From: Candidatus Asgardarchaeum abyssi
GTDB lineage: Archaea; Asgardarchaeota; Asgardarchaeia; Asgardarchaeales; Asgardarchaeaceae
DNA length: 10,162 nt
Assembly (NCBI GenBank): GCA_040225955.1
Contig: JBECUL010000068.1
Location: 1 to 10,162, forward strand
Reading direction: 5' to 3'
Shown here piece after piece: positions 6,643-10,162 of this stretch. How positions within the stretch are numbered: position 1 is the stretch's first letter; every line of letters starts with the position of its first letter. Both the position numbers and the translations under genes were made by a program. Under the pieces are notes generated by a model that was not told the DNA's origin, did no database searches, and worked only from the letters and a program-made list of their open reading frames with translations.

Positions 6643-8136
6643 ATGGATGGTTATATACTTTCTATTGATGAGGGGACCACCAGAGCTAAGGCTATTATTT
6701 GGGATAATAGTTCAAATATTGTATCTATGGCTCAGTATGAAATAAAACAAATTTATCCGAAACCAGGGTGGGTTGAACATAATCCAGACAATATTTGGGA
6801 GATTCAACTAAAAGCTATAAAGGAGTCAATAGAAAGAGCTAAAATAGAACCACGAGAAATTAACGCTATTGGAATAACAAATCAAAGAGAGACGACAATC
6901 CTATGGGATAAGAACACAGGAAGACCTATTTATAATGCAATTGTTTGGCAATGTAGAAGGACCACAGATATTATTGAATGGATAAATAGAGAGGGCTACG
7001 CGGAGATCTTTAAGAAAAAAACTGGTTTAATACCAGACCCCTATTTCTCGGGTCCCAAAATTAAGTGGATACTAGATAATATTCCAGAAGCGCGAGAGAA
7101 AGCCAAAAAAGGTGACATACTTTTCGGAACAGTTGATAGTTATCTTCTATGGAAACTAACTGGTGGAAGAGCTCATTATATCGATTTTACGAATGCCTCA
7201 CGAACAATGCTTTTTAATATACACAAATTGGACTGGGATGATGAACTATTAGATATTTTGGATATACCGAGAGATATTTTGCCAATACCCAGATATTCGA
7301 GCGAGGTGTTCGGGATCACTCAAAAAGATTTACTAGGAGTTGAGATTCCTATAACAGGAATGATTGGTGATCAGCAAGCATCTCTGGTAGGCCATGCAGG
7401 TTTCTATTTCGGTAATATTAAATGTACATATGGGACAGGGAATTTTATTCTTATTAATACAGGAGATTCCATTATAGAGTCATATCATGGTTTATTAACA
7501 ACAATTGCTTATGGATTTAAGAAAGATGTGAGATATGCTTTAGAGGGAAGTATATTCATAACTGGTGGGGCGGTTCGATGGCTAAAAGATTGTTTACAAA
7601 TTATATCATCCCCAGAGGAAACAGAAACTCTTGCGAAGAGTGTAGAGTCCAGTGGTGGAGTTTACTTTGTTCCAGCATTTACAGGTTTAGGCACACCTCA
7701 TTGGGACGAATATGCTCGTGGCCTAATAATTGGTATAAGTTTAGAAACGAGACGGGAACATATTGTAAGAGCAATGCTTGAAGCAGTAGCATTTCTTACT
7801 AAGGATGTTATAGATATAATTGAGTTGGAACTTTCAAAAGAAATAGAGGATTTAAGAGTAGATGGAGGTATGGTGAAAAACGATTTCTTAATGCAATTTC
7901 AAGCTGATATTTTAGGCAAACCTGTAGTGAGACCTTCTATAACAGAAGTATCTGCGCTAGGTGCAGCGTATATGGCTGGATTAGAAATAGGGTATTGGAA
8001 ATCTCCCGAGGAAATTGCTAAAAACTGGAGGGTTGATAAAGTATTTGAACCAAAAATGCCTATGGACGTCAGAGAGAGACTTTATTCTGGATGGAAAAAA
8101 GCCGTTAAGAGAGCCTTATTATGGGCAAAAGAGTAA
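6643..8136 (+). CDS. glpK: Glycerol kinase (FGGY family)
   Basis: Motifs [70 protein letters not shown] and LRVDGG. ATG 6643 is preceded by GGTG. Confidence 0.95.
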   Translation: MDGYILSIDEGTTRAKAIIWDNSSNIVSMAQYEIKQIYPKPGWVEHNPDNIWEIQLKAIKESIERAKIEPREINAIGITNQRETTILWDKNTGRPIYNAIVWQCRRTTDIIEWINREGYAEIFKKKTGLIPDPYFSGPKIKWILDNIPEAREKAKKGDILFGTVDSYLLWKLTGGRAHYIDFTNASRTMLFNIHKLDWDDELLDILDIPRDILPIPRYSSEVFGITQKDLLGVEIPITGMIGDQQASLVGHAGFYFGNIKCTYGTGNFILINTGDSIIESYHGLLTTIAYGFKKDVRYALEGSIFITGGAVRWLKDCLQIISSPEETETLAKSVESSGGVYFVPAFTGLGTPHWDEYARGLIIGISLETRREHIVRAMLEAVAFLTKDVIDIIELELSKEIEDLRVDGGMVKNDFLMQFQADILGKPVVRPSITEVSALGAAYMAGLEIGYWKSPEEIAKNWRVDKVFEPKMPMDVRERLYSGWKKAVKRALLWAKE

Positions 8137-8157
8137 ATAATTATATCAATAGTATAA

Positions 8158-8172
8158 TAAAATTTTTATAAT
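8158..8172 (+). promoter_or_regulatory. TATA box candidate for sui1
   Basis: AAAATTTTTATAA in the glpK-sui1 intergenic region. Confidence 0.35.
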
Positions 8173-8236
8173 TTAGAGAGATAAAGTTGTTTAGCTATTG
8201 AGCTATTACATTTTACAAAATTGTAGGTAGGTAGGC

Positions 8237-8536
8237 ATGGCCTCTTTTGGTGACGATGAAGACATTTTCTCGATGGATAGAATTCTCGAAGAAATTTCAA
8301 AAGAAGAAGTAGAAATTCAAGTAACTATTGAGAAAAGAAAATTTGGAAAACCAGTAACAGTAATTCGAGGTTTCCCAAAAGACGTAAATTTACGAGAAAT
8401 AGCTTCTACACTCAAGAGCAGACTTGCCTGCGGCGGTTCTGTTAAAAATGATTCTATAGAACTCCAAGGGGACCATCGAAGAAACATTAAGAAAGTACTG
8501 GAGGAACTAGGATTCACAAATATACTGGTATTATAG
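8237..8536 (+). CDS. sui1: Translation initiation factor aIF1 (SUI1/eIF1/YciH family)
   Basis: KRKFGKPVTVIRG, LKSRLACGGSVK and IELQGDHR are SUI1 signatures. RBS-like GGTAGGTAGG lies immediately upstream. Confidence 0.95.
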   Translation: MASFGDDEDIFSMDRILEEISKEEVEIQVTIEKRKFGKPVTVIRGFPKDVNLREIASTLKSRLACGGSVKNDSIELQGDHRRNIKKVLEELGFTNILVL

Positions 8537-8600
8537 CGTGTCTTATATAATTCATGGACTATCATCAATATCCTTTTTATTTTAAAATTTGTTCTATGCT

Positions 8601-10022
8601 TTAGACTACTGGACCCATGATTTCGATGATCTTATTTGGAACTATTACATACTCATAAATTGTTGGATCGAAGCAGTGTTTTACCATTTTAACAACAGCT
8701 ATTGTCTTTAATATTTTCTGCTTTTTCTCTAAGAATCTAAGAAGAACTATGTTATCAAAGTTATATGAGATACCAGCTTCTGTAAATCGTAATGTTCCCA
8801 CGACCTCAGGAATTTCACGTGTTATTATAGAGGTTAATAAGTTGCTATGTATAATTTTTGCTAAGGAGTGTATAAAGTTATTTATTTCAGCTGGTTCATA
8901 GAATAATTCAAGAACACGAAATCCATCAAGGACAAATCTACTGGCATTAGTTTCCTTTAAAGTTTCAAGAATTAACAGGGTTAGTTCATTTATGTCAAGA
9001 AAGTTTGGGTCTATTGATAATAATGCTAATCCCTTACTCGTGAGTTCCATCAAATCTATACCCAAACTTAACATAAGAGCTGTCACTTTTTGAATATCGC
9101 TCTCGAGAGTAACGTACACACCCGATTCTCCATTTTTAACTCCATTTAATAGGAATGTTAATGAGAGTATTGTCTTTCCAGTCCCCGAGTTCCCTGATAG
9201 CAATGTTATCGTATTTCTGGGTAATCCACCACCAAGTATATTATCTAACTGAGCGATACCAAATTTTGCTGGCTCGGAATATTCTTTTCGCATACCCAAG
9301 TCATAATACTCATAGGCAGTATATTTAGGATAAACCTCAATCCCAGGACCTGATAATATTTTCAATGTATGATCTCCAGAGAGATATTCTTGACCTCGTA
9401 ATTTTTCTATTGCGATTAACCTATTATTGTTTTTCCTTTTCAACCGTATTACACCATCTGAGATATGCTCAAGAATCTTTACTCTATTTATATCATGTTC
9501 TTCAGCAGTAAATATAGTTGTGCATTTAAGACTTCTTAAGAAATTCATAAAGTCTATAGTGGCACGTCTTATCTCGTGTTCCGTTTTATAAAAGCTGAGC
9601 AATGTTGTAATAGAATCAACAATTAGTCTTGAAATTGGCTTCTTATTATGTATCGATCTAATGATATCTTTGAGGCTGTCTAAATTTAATTCAATATCGA
9701 GGAATGCGAAAATACCCTTCATTCTTTCTCGTTGCGGGACCAGCCATATGCTTGAATCAGGAGTTGGCGTTGCATCAATAAAATTAAATGATGAAATATC
9801 CAATCCAAATGCCTTCATATTTTGAGTCAGTGTATCTGGTTTCTCATCAACAGTTATATAAACTACATTTTCATTTCTTTTAACACCTTCTAATCCAAAT
9901 TTTACTCCAAAAACTGTTTTACCAGAGCCTGGAGGCCCTATAACAAGATATTGCTTCCCTTTAATAAGACCACCGTAAGTTACCTTATCAAAACCCATAA
10001 TACCTGTAGATATTCTATTCAA
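8601..10022 (-). CDS. Double-domain KaiC/RAD55-family RecA-fold ATPase
   Basis: Two repeats: ISTGI..GGL..GPPGSGKT..YITVDE..RLIVDS..IEKLRG and FGI..LD..GGGLP..GNSGTGKT..YVTLES..RFVLDG..VVKMVK. The likely start is TTG 10022 behind RBS GGAGGAGG (10037-10030), giving 473 aa, rather than 10085. Confidence 0.92.
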   Translation of the reverse strand: MNRISTGIMGFDKVTYGGLIKGKQYLVIGPPGSGKTVFGVKFGLEGVKRNENVVYITVDEKPDTLTQNMKAFGLDISSFNFIDATPTPDSSIWLVPQRERMKGIFAFLDIELNLDSLKDIIRSIHNKKPISRLIVDSITTLLSFYKTEHEIRRATIDFMNFLRSLKCTTIFTAEEHDINRVKILEHISDGVIRLKRKNNNRLIAIEKLRGQEYLSGDHTLKILSGPGIEVYPKYTAYEYYDLGMRKEYSEPAKFGIAQLDNILGGGLPRNTITLLSGNSGTGKTILSLTFLLNGVKNGESGVYVTLESDIQKVTALMLSLGIDLMELTSKGLALLSIDPNFLDINELTLLILETLKETNASRFVLDGFRVLELFYEPAEINNFIHSLAKIIHSNLLTSIITREIPEVVGTLRFTEAGISYNFDNIVLLRFLEKKQKILKTIAVVKMVKHCFDPTIYEYVIVPNKIIEIMGPVV

Positions 10023-10063
10023 AAAAATGCCTCCTCCTGTTATAGAATATAAAGAAGACCATT

Positions 10064-10075
10064 TATTTAATTTTC
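10064..10075 (-). promoter_or_regulatory. BRE/TATA candidate for the KaiC-like gene
   Basis: Minus strand GAAAATTAAATA, about 27 nt upstream of the RBS. Confidence 0.4.
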
Positions 10076-10097
10076 TGTACAGCAAATAGTCTGATAT

Positions 10098-10110
10098 GAA
10101 AAACTTATAA
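10098..10110 (+). promoter_or_regulatory. BRE/TATA promoter candidate for the RNA beginning at ~10141
   Basis: GAAAAACTTATAA, a good archaeal BRE+TATA match, 30 nt upstream of the GC-rich segment. Confidence 0.5.
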
Positions 10111-10140
10111 CTTCGTCGCTCGTTTTCTAATATTTAAAGA

Positions 10141-10162
10141 GGGTGCGTGTGGCCGCCGGCTT
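10141..10162 (+). ncRNA. 5' end of a probable GC-rich stable RNA, cut by the window edge; SRP (7S) RNA is the best guess
   Basis: Abrupt switch to GGGTGCGTGTGGCCGCCGGCTT (17 of 22 nt G+C) downstream of a TATA box. The layout GGGTGC..-GGCC-GC-rich stem-TT resembles helices 1-3 of archaeal SRP RNA. Only 22 nt are visible. Confidence 0.3.

Noticed and set aside
7578-8568. ORFs 7578..7781 (+) and 8317..8568 (-)
   Set aside because: Alternative-frame shadow in glpK and antisense shadow of sui1.
8601-10085. Circadian clock system, and the longer start at 10085
   Set aside because: No kaiA or kaiB is present and the ST phosphosite pair is not intact. The extra 21 codons run through the RBS and promoter region.
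10141-10162. Canonical tRNA
   Set aside because: No register gives U8, G10 and A14 together. Too little sequence to call.

Overview
AT-rich archaeal chromosomal segment, judged from GGTGA/GAGG ribosome-binding sites, TTTA(T/A)A promoter boxes, and archaeal-type SUI1 and KaiC-like genes. Two longin-like genes suggest an Asgard-type host (inference). From left to right: a GC-rich composite of IS200/IS605(/IS607)-type pieces (1-~269) that truncates a larA-family gene; a divergent winged-helix regulator; an ABC-2 exporter (ATPase + permease) preceded by an unannotated 46-aa ORF; a small winged-helix-like protein; two tandem paralogous 255-aa genes, each a longin-like domain fused to four transmembrane helices; a convergent orphan with a possible single PCNA-like C-terminal domain; glycerol kinase; aIF1/SUI1; a double-domain KaiC-like ATPase with a degenerate second domain; and the first 22 nt of a probable GC-rich stable RNA. 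The best candidate for a new system is the paired membrane-anchored longin proteins. All family calls come from reading motifs by eye; no searches were run.
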